From Reyranella sp. (GTDB taxonomy: Bacteria; Pseudomonadota; Alphaproteobacteria; Reyranellales; Reyranellaceae): 64,000 nucleotides of DNA. The stretch covers positions 14,499 through 78,498 of the forward strand of contig DASRFX010000131.1 of NCBI GenBank assembly GCA_035651335.1, given 5' to 3'. Below, in pieces: positions 38,124-48,774 of the stretch. The notes below the pieces were generated by a model that was not told the DNA's origin, made no database searches, and saw only the letters and a list, made by a program, of their open reading frames with translations. Every line of letters begins with the position of its first letter. Position 1 is the first letter of the stretch. Made by a program: the position numbers and the translations under genes.

Positions 38124-39188
38124 TCAGGGCGCGCCGGAAGCCAGTCCCAGGCGTTCGCCGCGATAGGCGCCGCTCATCACCCGTTCCCACCAGGCCCGGT
38201 TGTCGAGATACCAGCGCACGGTCTGGCGCAGGCCGGTCTCGAAGTCGCGACGCGGCGTCCAGCCCAGCTCCCTGGCGATCTTGCCGGCGTCGATGGCGTA
38301 GCGGGCGTCATGGCCCGGTCGGTCGGCGACGAACTCGATCAGCTTCTCGTGTGGCCGGTTCGTGCTTTGCGGCAGCATCTCGTCGAGCAGCCGGCAGATC
38401 GCCCTGACCACGTCGATGTTCCGACGTTCGCTGTTGCCGCCGACATTGTAGGTCTCCCCGGGCCGGCCTCTTTCCAGGACCGTCACCAACGCTTCGGCAT
38501 GGTCCTCGACATGCAGCCAATCGCGCACGTTCTCGCCGCGGCCATAGACCGGCAGGCGCTCGCCGCGCAGGGCACGGATGATCACCAGCGGGATCAGCTT
38601 CTCGGGAAAGTGGTACGGCCCGTAATTGTTGGAGCAGTTGGTGGTGAGGGTGGGCAGTCCGTAGGTGTGGTGCCAGGCGCGCACCAGGTGGTCGGCGCCG
38701 GCCTTGCTGGCCGAGTAGGGGGAGTTGGGCGCGTAGGGCGTGCTCTCGCTGAACTTGCCGGTGGGTCCCAGCGAGCCGAACACCTCGTCGGTCGAGATGT
38801 GCTGGAAGCGGAAGCGGCCGCGGGCCTCGCCGTCGAGCGTGCGCCAGTAGGCGGTTGCCGCCTCGAGCATCGTGTAAGTGCCGACGACATTTGTCTGAAT
38901 GAAGGGCGCTGCACCGTCGATCGAGCGGTCGACATGGCTCTCGGCGGCGAGATGCAGCACGGCATCCGGCCGGGTCTCGGCGAAGACGGCGTCGAGTGCC
39001 GCGCGATCGCAGACATCGACCTTGAAGTGACGGTGGCGGTTGCTGGATGCCGCCTCGGCGAGCGATTCGAGGTTGCCCGCGTAGGTCAGCTTGTCGACGT
39101 TGGCGACCTGCCAGTCGGTGGCACGCACGACATGGCGCACCACGGCCGAGCCGATGAACCCCGCCCCGCCTGTAACGAGGAGCTTCAC
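38124..39188 (-). CDS. rfbB: dTDP-glucose 4,6-dehydratase
   Basis: [42 protein letters not shown] and FPEKLIP motifs. Confidence 0.96.
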   Translation of the reverse strand: MKLLVTGGAGFIGSAVVRHVVRATDWQVANVDKLTYAGNLESLAEAASSNRHRHFKVDVCDRAALDAVFAETRPDAVLHLAAESHVDRSIDGAAPFIQTNVVGTYTMLEAATAYWRTLDGEARGRFRFQHISTDEVFGSLGPTGKFSESTPYAPNSPYSASKAGADHLVRAWHHTYGLPTLTTNCSNNYGPYHFPEKLIPLVIIRALRGERLPVYGRGENVRDWLHVEDHAEALVTVLERGRPGETYNVGGNSERRNIDVVRAICRLLDEMLPQSTNRPHEKLIEFVADRPGHDARYAIDAGKIARELGWTPRRDFETGLRQTVRWYLDNRAWWERVMSGAYRGERLGLASGAP

Positions 39189-39192
39189 AAGC

Positions 39193-39963
39193 TCAGTGAT
39201 GCAGGATCTGGCCGAGGAACGTCTTCGTGCGCTCGTTCTTCGGATGGGCGAAGAACTCCTCGGGCTCGTTCTGCTCGACGATCTCGCCCCGGTCCATGAA
39301 GATCACTCGGTCGGCGACGGCGCGCGCGAAGCCCATCTCGTGGGTGACACAGAGCATCGTCATGCCTTCCTTGGCGAGCTCGATCATGACGTCGAGCACT
39401 TCCTTGACCATTTCCGGGTCGAGGGCCGAGGTCGGCTCGTCGAACAGCATGATCTTGGGCCGCATGCAGAGCGCGCGGGCGATCGCGACGCGCTGCTGCT
39501 GGCCGCCCGAGAGCTGGCCCGGGTACTTGTTGGCCTGCTCGGGAATGCGCACGCGCTTGAGCAGGCTCATGGCGATTTCCTCGGCCTCCCTCTTGGGCAT
39601 CTTCTTCACCCAGATCGGCGCCAGCGTCAGGTTGTCGAGGATGGTGAGGTGCGGGAAGAGATTGAACGACTGGAACACCATGCCGACCTCGCGTCGGATC
39701 GTCTCGATGTTCTTGACGTCGTTGGAGAGCGTCACGCCATGAACCACGATGTCGCCCTGCTGATGCTCCTCGAGCCGGTTGATGCAGCGGATCAGAGTCG
39801 ACTTGCCGGAGCCCGACGGGCCGCAGATGACGATGCGCTCGCCCTGCTTGACGTCGAGGTTGATGTCGGTGAGCACGTGAAACTGGCCGAACCATTTGTT
39901 GACGGCCTTCATCTGGATGACCGACGGCGCGTGGCTGAGGTCGTGGGAGGTTGAGCTGGCCAT
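39193..39963 (-). CDS. aapP: General L-amino-acid ABC transporter ATP-binding protein
   Basis: [32 protein letters not shown] and VTHEMGFA motifs. Confidence 0.93.
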   Translation of the reverse strand: MASSTSHDLSHAPSVIQMKAVNKWFGQFHVLTDINLDVKQGERIVICGPSGSGKSTLIRCINRLEEHQQGDIVVHGVTLSNDVKNIETIRREVGMVFQSFNLFPHLTILDNLTLAPIWVKKMPKREAEEIAMSLLKRVRIPEQANKYPGQLSGGQQQRVAIARALCMRPKIMLFDEPTSALDPEMVKEVLDVMIELAKEGMTMLCVTHEMGFARAVADRVIFMDRGEIVEQNEPEEFFAHPKNERTKTFLGQILHH

Positions 39964-41243
39964 TAGCGGCGGGTTCCCCTGTTGAGTTCGACTTCGAGCC
40001 ACTTGGCGTAGCGCGACATCGAGAAGCAGAAGCAGAAATAGACGAAGGCGGCGAACAGGTAGACCTCGCCGGGGAAACCGGCCCAGTTGGGGTCGACCAT
40101 CGCCTGGTTGGCGGCGTTGAGGAAATCGAAGATGCCGATGATCAGCACCAGCGAGGTGCCCTTGAAGAAGCCGATGAAGGTGTTGACCAGCGGCGGGATC
40201 ACCACGCGCAGGGCCTGCGGCAGGATGATGAGCGTGGTCTTCTGCACGTAGTTGAGGCCCATCGCGTCGGCAGCCTCGAACTGGCCCTTGGGCAACGACT
40301 GCAGGCCGCCGCGGATGATCTCGGCGATGTAGGCCGCGGCGAACAGGATGATGGCGACCTGGGCGCGCAGGAACTTGTCGAAGCTGACGCCCTGCGGCAT
40401 GAAGAGCGGCAGCATCACCGATGCCATGATCAGCAGGCTGATCAGCGGCACGCCGCGGATCAGCTCGATATAGCCCACGCACAGGCCCTTGACGGCTGGA
40501 AGCTGCGAGCGCCGGCCGAGCGCCAGCAGGATGCCGAGCGGAAACGCGAACAGCAGGCCGTAGCTTGCCAGGATGATCGTCACCGGAATTCCGCCCCACA
40601 GTCCGGTCTCGACATAGGAGAAGGGGGCGATGTCGAGGCTCCAGCCGGGTAGCACGCCGATGACCCGGAGGATCAGCCCGAGCGCGCCGACCGCAGCCAG
40701 TGCGCGCCACCCGTTGATCTCCGCCGCGTCGGCGACGGTGCCGCGCAGCAGCATGCCGAGGCCGCCGATGCCGAGCGCGACGAACAGGATCAGGCCGAGC
40801 GGGATGCTGATCTGACCGAGCATCAACAGGAAGGTGGCGAAGCTGCCGATCCCCCAGATCGCGAGCAGGCGCTTGTTCCACATGCGCCGGTCGCCGCTCG
40901 CGATCAGCACGGCGAGCATGACCGCGACGGCAAGCAACGGTCGCCATTGCTGCTCGTAGGGATAGGTGCCGAAGAAGATCAGGCGGTATTTTTCGTGGAT
41001 CAGCGCCCAGCAGGCGCCGTGGCCCCGGCACGCCGACCCGCCGGGCGCCGTCCATACCGCGCGCAAGATCGCCCAGTCCACGAACCAGTTGAGCAGCCAG
41101 AGGATGGCCGCCAACAGGACGATCGTCGTGATGCCGTTGCCCCAGCTCGAGAACAGGTTCTTGCGGATCCACCCCAGCACGCCGGTATGGTCGACCGGCG
41201 GGGCGAGTTGGCGGCGTTGTTCGCCGGCGGGAATGTCGGCCAT
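39963..41243 (-). CDS. aapM: General L-amino-acid ABC transporter permease
   Basis: [24 protein letters not shown] and LPQALR motifs. Confidence 0.9.
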   Translation of the reverse strand: MADIPAGEQRRQLAPPVDHTGVLGWIRKNLFSSWGNGITTIVLLAAILWLLNWFVDWAILRAVWTAPGGSACRGHGACWALIHEKYRLIFFGTYPYEQQWRPLLAVAVMLAVLIASGDRRMWNKRLLAIWGIGSFATFLLMLGQISIPLGLILFVALGIGGLGMLLRGTVADAAEINGWRALAAVGALGLILRVIGVLPGWSLDIAPFSYVETGLWGGIPVTIILASYGLLFAFPLGILLALGRRSQLPAVKGLCVGYIELIRGVPLISLLIMASVMLPLFMPQGVSFDKFLRAQVAIILFAAAYIAEIIRGGLQSLPKGQFEAADAMGLNYVQKTTLIILPQALRVVIPPLVNTFIGFFKGTSLVLIIGIFDFLNAANQAMVDPNWAGFPGEVYLFAAFVYFCFCFSMSRYAKWLEVELNRGTRR

Positions 41244-41246
41244 GGC

Positions 41247-42434
41247 TCAGCGCTCCCGCAACGCGATCTGCTTGTTGTACCAGTTCATGAACAACGAGAT
41301 CGACAGGCTGACCGTCAGGTAGGCCGCCATGATGATCAGGACGTTCTCGACCGCTTGGCCGGTCTGGTTGATCGTGACATTCACCGAGGCCACGAGGTCG
41401 GGATAGCCGATGGCAATGGCGAGCGAGCTGTCCTTGGTGATGTTGAGGTACTGACTGGTCATCGGCGGCACGATCACACGCAGTGCCTGCGGCAGCAGGA
41501 CGAGGCGTATCACCTGGCTGCGCGAGAGGCCGATCGCCGTGGCTGCCTCGGTCTGGCCCTTGTGCAAGGCGAGGATTCCCGACCGCACGATTTCCGCAAT
41601 GAAAGCCGACGTATAGAGAACCAGGCCGAGCAGCAGGGCGGTGAACTCGGGCTGGATGACGGTGCCGCCCTCGAAGTTGAAGCCCTTGAGGGCGGGCCAG
41701 CTCATGGCCGCGGGTGCGCCGCCCAGCAGCCAGACCAAGATCGGCAAACCGAGCGCCAAACCGAAGCCCGCCCAGATCGACGGGAACGGCTGCCCGGTCG
41801 CCGCCTGGCGCTTCTTGGCCCAACGGTGCAGGACGACCGCGCCCGCAATGCCGACCAGCAGCGCCACGCCCATCCAGCGATGCACGGGATCGGCGACCGG
41901 CACTGGGAAATAGAGACCGCGATTGCTGAGGAAGATGGAGCCCAGGACGCTGATCGCCTGGCGCGGGCCGGGGAATGCCTCGCTGATCAGCTTGTAGAAC
42001 AGGAACAGCCAGAGCAGCAGCGGCACGTTCCGGAAGGTTTCGACGTAGCACTCGCATATCTTGGCGAGCAGCCAGTTGGACGACAGCCGGCCGACGCCGA
42101 TCAGGGTGCCGAGGATGGTCGCCATGACGATGCCCAGGCCCGCCACCTTCAGCGTGTTGAGCATGCCGACCAGGATGGCGCGCGCGTACGTGTTGGCGGG
42201 CGAGTAGGAGATCATCGAATCGCCGATCTCGAAGCCCGCCTCGCGGCCGAGATAGTCGAAGCCGGAGGCGATCTTCTGGCGCTCGAGGTTGGCCATCGTA
42301 TTGCTCACCAGATACCAGGCGAGCAGGCCGACCAGCGCGATGACGACGATTTGGAACGTCCAGCCGCGGATGATCGGATCGTTCCACGGCGCGACCTTGC
42401 GGCGCTGTACCGAGCCGAGCGTCTCGACTGCCAT
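41247..42434 (-). CDS. aapQ: General L-amino-acid ABC transporter permease
   Basis: GFDYL...[22 protein letters not shown] and [11 protein letters not shown] motifs. Confidence 0.92.
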   Translation of the reverse strand: MAVETLGSVQRRKVAPWNDPIIRGWTFQIVVIALVGLLAWYLVSNTMANLERQKIASGFDYLGREAGFEIGDSMISYSPANTYARAILVGMLNTLKVAGLGIVMATILGTLIGVGRLSSNWLLAKICECYVETFRNVPLLLWLFLFYKLISEAFPGPRQAISVLGSIFLSNRGLYFPVPVADPVHRWMGVALLVGIAGAVVLHRWAKKRQAATGQPFPSIWAGFGLALGLPILVWLLGGAPAAMSWPALKGFNFEGGTVIQPEFTALLLGLVLYTSAFIAEIVRSGILALHKGQTEAATAIGLSRSQVIRLVLLPQALRVIVPPMTSQYLNITKDSSLAIAIGYPDLVASVNVTINQTGQAVENVLIIMAAYLTVSLSISLFMNWYNKQIALRER

Positions 42435-42475
42435 TCGCCAATCCCCCTGTTGCTTGGCGTCAGTTCAGAAAGAAC

Positions 42476-42505
42476 TCCGGCGCATGCCCGATGGCATGCG
42501 CCGGA
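42476..42505. other. Intercistronic hairpin between aapJ and aapQ
   Basis: TCCGGCGCATGCC-CGAT-GGCATGCGCCGGA, a perfect 13-bp stem. Confidence 0.65.
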
Positions 42506-42514
42506 TCGTTGCCG

Positions 42515-43549
42515 TCAACGGATCGGCTCGGCGTATTGCAGGCCGCCCTGGGTCCACAGTTTGTTGAGGCCGCGGTCGATCTTGAGGATCGAGCCTGCGC
42601 CGACATTGCGGTCGAAGCTCTCGCCGTAATTGCCGACCTGCTTGACGATGTTGACGACCCACTTCTCGTCGACACCAAGCGCCTTGCCCATGCCGGGGGT
42701 GACGCCGAGGATGCGCTTGATCGTCGGGTTGTCGCTCTTCAGCATCTGGTCGACGTTCTTGGAGTTGATGCCGTATTCCTCGGCCTCGAGCATCGCGTAC
42801 TGCGTCCAGCGCACGATGTCCTCGAACTGCTGATCGCCATGGCGCACCGCCGGGGCCAGCGGCTCCTTGGAGATGATCTCGGGCAGGATGATGAAATCAT
42901 CCGACTTGGCGGGCGGCGGCACGTTGGCGGCGCGCGTGGCGTAGAGGCCCGAGGCATCCGTCGTGTAGACGTCGCAACGCCCCGAGAAGAAGGCGGCGCG
43001 GATCTCGTCGACTTTCTCGATGACCACCGGCTTGAAGCTCATCTTCTGGGCGCGGAAATAGTCGGCGAGGTTGAGCTCGGTGGTCGTGCCGGGCGCCACG
43101 CAGACCGTCGCCCCGTTCAGCTCCTTGGCGCTCTTCACGTTGAGCTTCTTGTTCACCATGAAGCCCTGGCCGTCGTAGTAGGTCACGGCGGTGAAATCGA
43201 GGCCGAGCGCGGTGTCGCGCGTCAGCGTCGCGGTGGTGTTGTTGCTGAGGATGTCGACTTCGCCCGACTGGAGGGCGGTGAAGCGTTGCTGTGCGGTGAG
43301 CGGGGTGTATTTCACCTTCTCGGAGTCACCGAAGATCGCAGCCGCGACGGCGCGGCACACATCGACGTCCAGACCGGTCCACTTGCCCTGGCTGTCGGCG
43401 ACACCGAAGCCGGCGATACCGGTGGGCACGCCGCAGATCAGGCTGCCGCGTGCCTTGATGGCATCGAGGTCTTTCCCCGCCATGGCGTTGCCCGACATGA
43501 GGACCGCGGCAACGCCGACAGCCCATGCCAGTGAAAATTTCTTCATCAC
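42515..43549 (-). CDS. aapJ: Amino-acid ABC transporter substrate-binding protein (copy 2)
   Basis: Signal peptide; G.DVDVCRAVAAA, RFTALQSGEVD, GTTTE.NL, ISKEPL and VGNYGE motifs. Confidence 0.93.
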   Translation of the reverse strand: MMKKFSLAWAVGVAAVLMSGNAMAGKDLDAIKARGSLICGVPTGIAGFGVADSQGKWTGLDVDVCRAVAAAIFGDSEKVKYTPLTAQQRFTALQSGEVDILSNNTTATLTRDTALGLDFTAVTYYDGQGFMVNKKLNVKSAKELNGATVCVAPGTTTELNLADYFRAQKMSFKPVVIEKVDEIRAAFFSGRCDVYTTDASGLYATRAANVPPPAKSDDFIILPEIISKEPLAPAVRHGDQQFEDIVRWTQYAMLEAEEYGINSKNVDQMLKSDNPTIKRILGVTPGMGKALGVDEKWVVNIVKQVGNYGESFDRNVGAGSILKIDRGLNKLWTQGGLQYAEPIR

Positions 43550-43619
43550 AACCTCCCAGTTGGTCTCCCGAGGATGAGTGTCCCCTCAACTCGGCTTGCA
43601 AGCAACAGGCCAAATGCAA

Positions 43620-43798
43620 ACCGCCGCCCATTGGGCGGCGGTAGCCGGTTGCAAGATGGACGGCCTAGAACATGATGGGTTCGGCTGGAATCGGCTGGAA
43701 GGAACGAGCCGAACCCATCATGCCCGTTGGAACCGCGATCGCCCGTGCGCGCGAATGGGATGAGATGGAACCGTGTCCGGTTCCATCTCATCCCATTC
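43620..43798. repeat. Three stacked inverted repeats between the aapJ paralogs
   Basis: ACCGCCGCCCA-T-TGGGCGGCGGT (43620-43642); CATGATGGGTTCGGCT...AGCCGAACCCATCATG (43671-43722); perfect 21-bp stem GAATGGGATGAGATGGAACCG-TGTC-CGGTTCCATCTCATCCCATTC (43753-43798). Confidence 0.8.
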
Positions 43799-43802
43799 CG
43801 CT

Positions 43803-44828
43803 CTAGCGGATCGGCGGGGCGTACTGGATGCCGCCCTTAGTCCAGAGCTGGTTGAGGCCGCGGGCGATCTTGAGCTTGGAGCCCATGCCGACGTTCCTCT
43901 CGAAGCTTTCCCCGTAGTTTCCGACCTGCTTGACGATGTTGTAGACCCACTTCTCGTCGACCCCCAAAGCCTTGCCCATGCCCGGGATGACACCCAGGAT
44001 GCGCTTGATCGTCGGGTTGTCGCTTTTCAGCATCGCCTCGACGTTGGCCTGGGTGATGCCGTACTCCTCGGCTTCGAGCATGGCGAAGAGGGCCCATCTC
44101 ACGATGTCCTCGAACTGCTGGTCGCCATGGCGCACGGCCGGTCCCAGCGGCTCCTTGGAGATGATCTCGGGCAGCACCACATAGTCGTCCGGATTGGAAG
44201 CGTTGGCGGCGCGCGTCGAGTACAGCCCCGAGGCGTCGGTCGTGTAGACGTCGCAACGACCGGAGAAGAAAGCCGCGCGCGCTTCTTCGACCTTCTCGAT
44301 GACGACCGGCTTGAAGGTCATCTTGTTGGTGCGGAAGTAGTCGGCGAGATTGAGCTCGGTCGTGGTGCCGGGCTGCACGCAGATGGTGGCGCCGTTCAGC
44401 TCCTTGGCGCTCTTCACGCCGAGCTTCTTCGGCACCATGAAGCCCTGGCCGTCATAGTAATTGACGCCGGTGAAATCGAGGCCGAGCGCCGTGTCGCGCG
44501 TCAGCGTCCAGGTCGTGTTGCGCGACAGGATGTCGACTTCGCCCGACTGCAAAGCCGTGAAGCGCTGCTGCGCGGTGAGCGGCGTGTATTTCACCTTCTC
44601 GGAGTCGCCGAAGATCGCGGCCGCGACGGCGCGGCACAGATCGACGTCGATGCCCGTCCACTTGCCCTGCGTGTCGGCGTTGGAGAAGCCGGCCACGCCG
44701 GTGCTGACGCCGCACTGCAACGATCCGCGCGCCTTGATCGCGTCGAGATCCTTGCCGGCGTGGGCGGTGCCTGCGGCCCCGGTCAACGCGGCCACGACGA
44801 CGCTCGCGGCCAACAGCTTCTTCATCAT
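43803..44828 (-). CDS. aapJ: Amino-acid ABC transporter substrate-binding protein (copy 1)
   Basis: Same motifs as copy 2, with the canonical LSRNTTWT. Confidence 0.93.
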   Translation of the reverse strand: MMKKLLAASVVVAALTGAAGTAHAGKDLDAIKARGSLQCGVSTGVAGFSNADTQGKWTGIDVDLCRAVAAAIFGDSEKVKYTPLTAQQRFTALQSGEVDILSRNTTWTLTRDTALGLDFTGVNYYDGQGFMVPKKLGVKSAKELNGATICVQPGTTTELNLADYFRTNKMTFKPVVIEKVEEARAAFFSGRCDVYTTDASGLYSTRAANASNPDDYVVLPEIISKEPLGPAVRHGDQQFEDIVRWALFAMLEAEEYGITQANVEAMLKSDNPTIKRILGVIPGMGKALGVDEKWVYNIVKQVGNYGESFERNVGMGSKLKIARGLNQLWTKGGIQYAPPIR

Positions 44829-44954
44829 GAGTCAGTCCCTTTGCTTGGGCGCTCCAGCCGGCCGACAGGCATCGGCGTGAGCGCGGCGGCTAAGTAGGCG
44901 ATCGCCCATGCGGGTGCAATGCCCGAAGGCATGGCACCCTGCGGACAACGCGTT

Positions 44955-46184
44955 CTACAGCTTGTGTTCGGGGCTGGGCGGTGCGAACGGGCTCTGCGTC
45001 CAGTATTCGCCGCCGTACATGGCGCGCGGCTCGGCGCCGGAGGTGCCACCGGACGGCTTCTTGGCGGCGACTGCGGTCCGGATTTCCTGCTGCCATTCGC
45101 GGAAGGCGACGAGCGAATCGCTGTTGAGCTGGCCGTTTCCGGCTTCCGACAAATAGGGCGCCGGATCGACGAACTGGCCGTTCACGATGGTCGAGAAGTG
45201 CAGGTGCGGGCCGGTCGACCGGCCGGTCGAGCCGATGAAGCCGATCACGTCGCCCTTCTTGACGTGGCTGCCCGGTCCAAGGCCCGGCGCGAAGCGCGAC
45301 ATGTGCGCATACAGCGTCTCGAAGTTGTCGGCGTGGCTGATCTTCACCGTGCGGCCGTAATTGTAGTACCAGTTCATGTGATTGATCACGCCGTCGGCGG
45401 CGGCATAGATCGGATCGCCGTACTTGCCCTCGAAGTCGATGCCGTTGTGGAAGGCCGTGCTGGTGACGCGGCCGTAGTAGGTGCGCCGGCCGAAGGGCGA
45501 GGAGATGCGCGCGCCGGGCTTGGGATCGGCCAGCATCGTGCCGCCGAGCCGCTTGCCCTGGTCGTCGAACCAGCCTTCCGGCTGATCGGGCGGCGCGAAC
45601 CACCAGTAGGACTGCTTGGTCTTGGCGTCCCCCAGCGAGACGAAGAGCGGGCGCGTCCAGCCGTCGGCGGTGCGACCCTGGATCAACTCGACCTTCGTCT
45701 TGCCGTTGGGCGCGAAGCCGGCGAACGCCTCGGCGACTTCCTTGAGCACCGGCTGGCTGGTGCCGCCGGGCAGCGAATTGAAGGCGGCTGCGGTGCTGGT
45801 CGCCTTGACGAGTTTGACCGAGCCGCTGACCAGGGTCCGCGAGCCGACGCCGGTTGTCGGAGCGATCGACGGGATGGAGGAGGAGCGTTCTTCCTCGGAC
45901 GGGGTGTTGGCGGCCGCTTGCGGGGCAGGTTGCTGGATGCCCTGCTGATGTTCCGACAGCCATTGGGCATTGAGCTGGTCGGCATGGGTGTCGGTAGGAT
46001 CAGCCTTGGCGGCAGGCTTGTGGTGGACGACGCGCAGTTGCTGCCTCGGCGGCGCCTTGACCTGCGCCATCGGGCTCGTCGCACCCATCAACTGAAAGAA
46101 GGAAATCGCGACGATTGCCGTCGCCAGGACTCGCATGGTTCGCCAGCGGCCCGCGCGTTGCTCGCGCGTTGTCGTGAACGCCAT
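44955..46184 (-). CDS. M23 family metallopeptidase (peptidoglycan endopeptidase)
   Basis: ISSPFG.R, HNGIDF (HxxxD), YAHMS and GSTGRSTGPHLHF (HxH). N-terminal signal; true start may be the downstream MRVLA. Confidence 0.9.
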   Translation of the reverse strand: MAFTTTREQRAGRWRTMRVLATAIVAISFFQLMGATSPMAQVKAPPRQQLRVVHHKPAAKADPTDTHADQLNAQWLSEHQQGIQQPAPQAAANTPSEEERSSSIPSIAPTTGVGSRTLVSGSVKLVKATSTAAAFNSLPGGTSQPVLKEVAEAFAGFAPNGKTKVELIQGRTADGWTRPLFVSLGDAKTKQSYWWFAPPDQPEGWFDDQGKRLGGTMLADPKPGARISSPFGRRTYYGRVTSTAFHNGIDFEGKYGDPIYAAADGVINHMNWYYNYGRTVKISHADNFETLYAHMSRFAPGLGPGSHVKKGDVIGFIGSTGRSTGPHLHFSTIVNGQFVDPAPYLSEAGNGQLNSDSLVAFREWQQEIRTAVAAKKPSGGTSGAEPRAMYGGEYWTQSPFAPPSPEHKL

Positions 46185-46386
46185 CAGCCTCTCCCATCTT
46201 CATTGAACACAAACTCGAACTCATCGAGGCCAACAGCGAATTAACCGGTTCCCCAACCGGCGCCCCCCGCCAATTGCTCCTCGCGCCCGACCATGCCACG
46301 TAAATTCGCCAAGTCCATCAAAAAGTTGCAAAAATGCCACACTACTGAAAATGGCGTAACGTTTTGAAATAAAATCCTATTTTCCA

Positions 46387-47844
46387 TTAACTGGACTTCC
46401 GGTCGCGAAAATTCGCGGTGGGCAAGGTGTCGCTCCTGGCGGCATCGCGCAAAAGCGGATAGCGCGCCAGCAGGCCGGCCGCCTCGGCCATCTCCTCGAC
46501 GTCGTTGAACATCGGCACCCCCGCGCGCTCCATGGTCGCGAACCAGTCGGCCCTGCCGGGCAGCGTTCCCATCATGCTGTGCATCAGAGGAAGCCGCGCC
46601 TTGGGTGCCAGCTCGGCCAGCCGGGCGATCACCGGCGCCGCGTCGACCATGAACGGCACGACATGGATCATCAGCACCATGTCGTAGGCGTTGGCGGCGT
46701 GGTTCATCGCCGCCTCGAATGTGAAGCCGAAGCGGTCCTCGCGGGCGTCGGCCAGAAGATCGATCGGGTTGGCAACCGACGCCTCGGGCGGCAGTTGCTG
46801 GCGCAACACGTCGGCCATCGGCGTGGGCAGCGGCTCGAGCGCCAGCCCTTCCAAGGACGCGCGATCGGCGCAGACCACGCCGGGACCGCCGGAGTTGGAC
46901 AGGATCAACGCGCGCCGGCCGAGGCCCTGCGGGAAGCGGCCGAACGCCTTGGCGGCCACCAGCAGGCGCCGCAGGCTTTCGACGCGCACGATTCCGCACG
47001 ACCTGCAGTAGGCGTCGATCGCGCTGTCGTCGTTGGCGATGGCGCCGGTATGCGCCGCCGCCGCGCGACCGCCGATTGCAGTCCGGCCGCCGAACAGGGC
47101 GACCACCGGCTTCTTAGCCGCGACGCCGCGCGCGACCGCGCGAAAGCGCTCGTGGTCCTCGATCGATTCGACATAGAGCAGCGCCGCGCCGATCTCCGGC
47201 CGCTCGCCGAGATAGGCCAGATAGTCCTCGACGCCGAGATGGACGGCGTTACCGACAGAGACGACCGAGCTGAGCGGCAGGCCGCGCGCGTTGGCCTTGT
47301 CGATCACCTCCTCGGCAAGCGCACCCGACTGCGAGATGAAGGCGAGGCCGTTGCTATCGGCGCCAGGCGGCAGGTCGCGCAGGAAGGTGGCGGCAAAGCG
47401 CCATTGTGGATCGAGATGGATGATGCCGGCGCAGTTGGGGCCAGCCACGGTGAGGCCGCGCTCGCCCGCCAGCCTCAGCAGCGCCTCGTTGCGCGCCACG
47501 CCCGCGGGGCCCGCCTCGGCGAAGCCGCCAGGTAAAATGAGCAGGTTCTTGATGCCGTGGTCGGCGGCCTCGCGCACCGCATCGAGGATGGCGTCCGGGC
47601 GGATAACGATGACGGCGAGGTCGACCGGCGCACCGGTGCCGGCGATCGAGGTCACCGACTCGTAACCGAAGATCGTGCCGCCCCGGGGATTCACCGGCAC
47701 CACTCTTCCGCCGTAGCGCGCGCGCTGCAGCATCTGCATGATGGCGCCGCCCGACGACGTGGCACGTTCGCCCGCGCCGACGACCGCGATGCTGCGCGGA
47801 GCGAAGAAGGGCGTGAGATCGCGCGGACTTAACTGGGCGCTCAT
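46387..47844 (-). CDS. Acetate/acyl-CoA ligase (NDP-forming) alpha-type, CoA-binding protein
   Basis: PRSIAVVGA, PVNP, GGFAE, GPNCAG, SQSGA, AHTGAIA (phospho-His), SNSGG and NPIDL motifs. Confidence 0.88.
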   Translation of the reverse strand: MSAQLSPRDLTPFFAPRSIAVVGAGERATSSGGAIMQMLQRARYGGRVVPVNPRGGTIFGYESVTSIAGTGAPVDLAVIVIRPDAILDAVREAADHGIKNLLILPGGFAEAGPAGVARNEALLRLAGERGLTVAGPNCAGIIHLDPQWRFAATFLRDLPPGADSNGLAFISQSGALAEEVIDKANARGLPLSSVVSVGNAVHLGVEDYLAYLGERPEIGAALLYVESIEDHERFRAVARGVAAKKPVVALFGGRTAIGGRAAAAHTGAIANDDSAIDAYCRSCGIVRVESLRRLLVAAKAFGRFPQGLGRRALILSNSGGPGVVCADRASLEGLALEPLPTPMADVLRQQLPPEASVANPIDLLADAREDRFGFTFEAAMNHAANAYDMVLMIHVVPFMVDAAPVIARLAELAPKARLPLMHSMMGTLPGRADWFATMERAGVPMFNDVEEMAEAAGLLARYPLLRDAARSDTLPTANFRDRKSS

Positions 47845-47883
47845 GGCCGTTTGTTTGCAGCACAAACAATGGAGGAGAACAAG

Positions 47884-48765
47884 ATGGCCGATCCGATCGA
47901 GCTCCTGATCCAGGGCCGTTCGCACGAGCTGGCGCCCGGTTTCGCCGTGCGCCGCGTGCTGCCCAGCATCAAGCGGCGCATGGTCGGGCCGTTCATCTTC
48001 CTCGACCATTTCGGACCGATGACCGTGCCGCCGGGCGGCGACGGCATGGAGGTGCGGCCGCATCCGCACATCGGCCTCGCCACCGTCACCTACCTGTTCG
48101 AGGGCGGCATCTTCCATCGCGACAGCCTGGGCTACGCCCAGGCGATCCGCCCGGGCGACGTCAACTGGATGACGGCGGGCTCGGGCATCGCCCACAGCGA
48201 GCGCACCGAAGAGGCGATGAAGCGCTCGGGCTTTCGCATGCACGGCGTCCAGACCTGGGTGGCGCTGCCCAAGGCGCACGAGGAGACGGCGCCTTCCTTC
48301 CAGCACGTCGACGCGGCTCAACTGCCGCTGTGGCGCGAAGGCACCGCGTCGCTCAGGTTGATCGTCGGCACCTACAAGGGCCGCGCCGCGCCGACCACGC
48401 ACTTCTCGCCGATCTTCTATGTCGGCGCGGACATGCCGGCGGGCGCCAAGGTCTCGGTGTCGGCCGAGCACCAGGAGCGCGCGGTCTACGTCGCCAGCGG
48501 CGCGGCGATGCTGGGCGATCGCCAGCTCGTGCCCGGCGATCTCGCCGTGCTGGCGGCGGGACAGGCGGTCGAGCTGGTGGCGGGCCTCGATGGCGCCAAG
48601 GCCATGCTGCTGGGCGGCGCCGCCATGGATGGGCCGCGCCACATCTGGTGGAACTTCGTGTCGTCCTCCCAGGAGCGTATCGAGAAGGCGAAGGTCGATT
48701 GGAAGGAAGGCCGCTTCGGCAAGGTGCCGGGCGACAGCGAGTTCATCCCGCTGCCCGACAGGTGA
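47884..48765 (+). CDS. Pirin family protein
   Basis: GPFIFLDHFGP, HPHIGLATVTY, WMTAGSGIAHSE and WWNFVSS motifs. Confidence 0.95.
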   Translation: MADPIELLIQGRSHELAPGFAVRRVLPSIKRRMVGPFIFLDHFGPMTVPPGGDGMEVRPHPHIGLATVTYLFEGGIFHRDSLGYAQAIRPGDVNWMTAGSGIAHSERTEEAMKRSGFRMHGVQTWVALPKAHEETAPSFQHVDAAQLPLWREGTASLRLIVGTYKGRAAPTTHFSPIFYVGADMPAGAKVSVSAEHQERAVYVASGAAMLGDRQLVPGDLAVLAAGQAVELVAGLDGAKAMLLGGAAMDGPRHIWWNFVSSSQERIEKAKVDWKEGRFGKVPGDSEFIPLPDR

Positions 48766-48774
48766 GCGACATCG

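Noticed and set aside
39193-42441. 1082-aa minus-strand ORF suggesting a fused ABC transporter
   Set aside because: The N-terminal part is an Arg/Pro-rich off-frame reading of aapQ and aapM. The real aapP starts at 39963.
46235-46390. CtrA box upstream of the M23 peptidase
   Set aside because: Only isolated TTAAC half-sites are present, with no complete TTAA-N7-TTAA. The region is just an AT-rich promoter gap.
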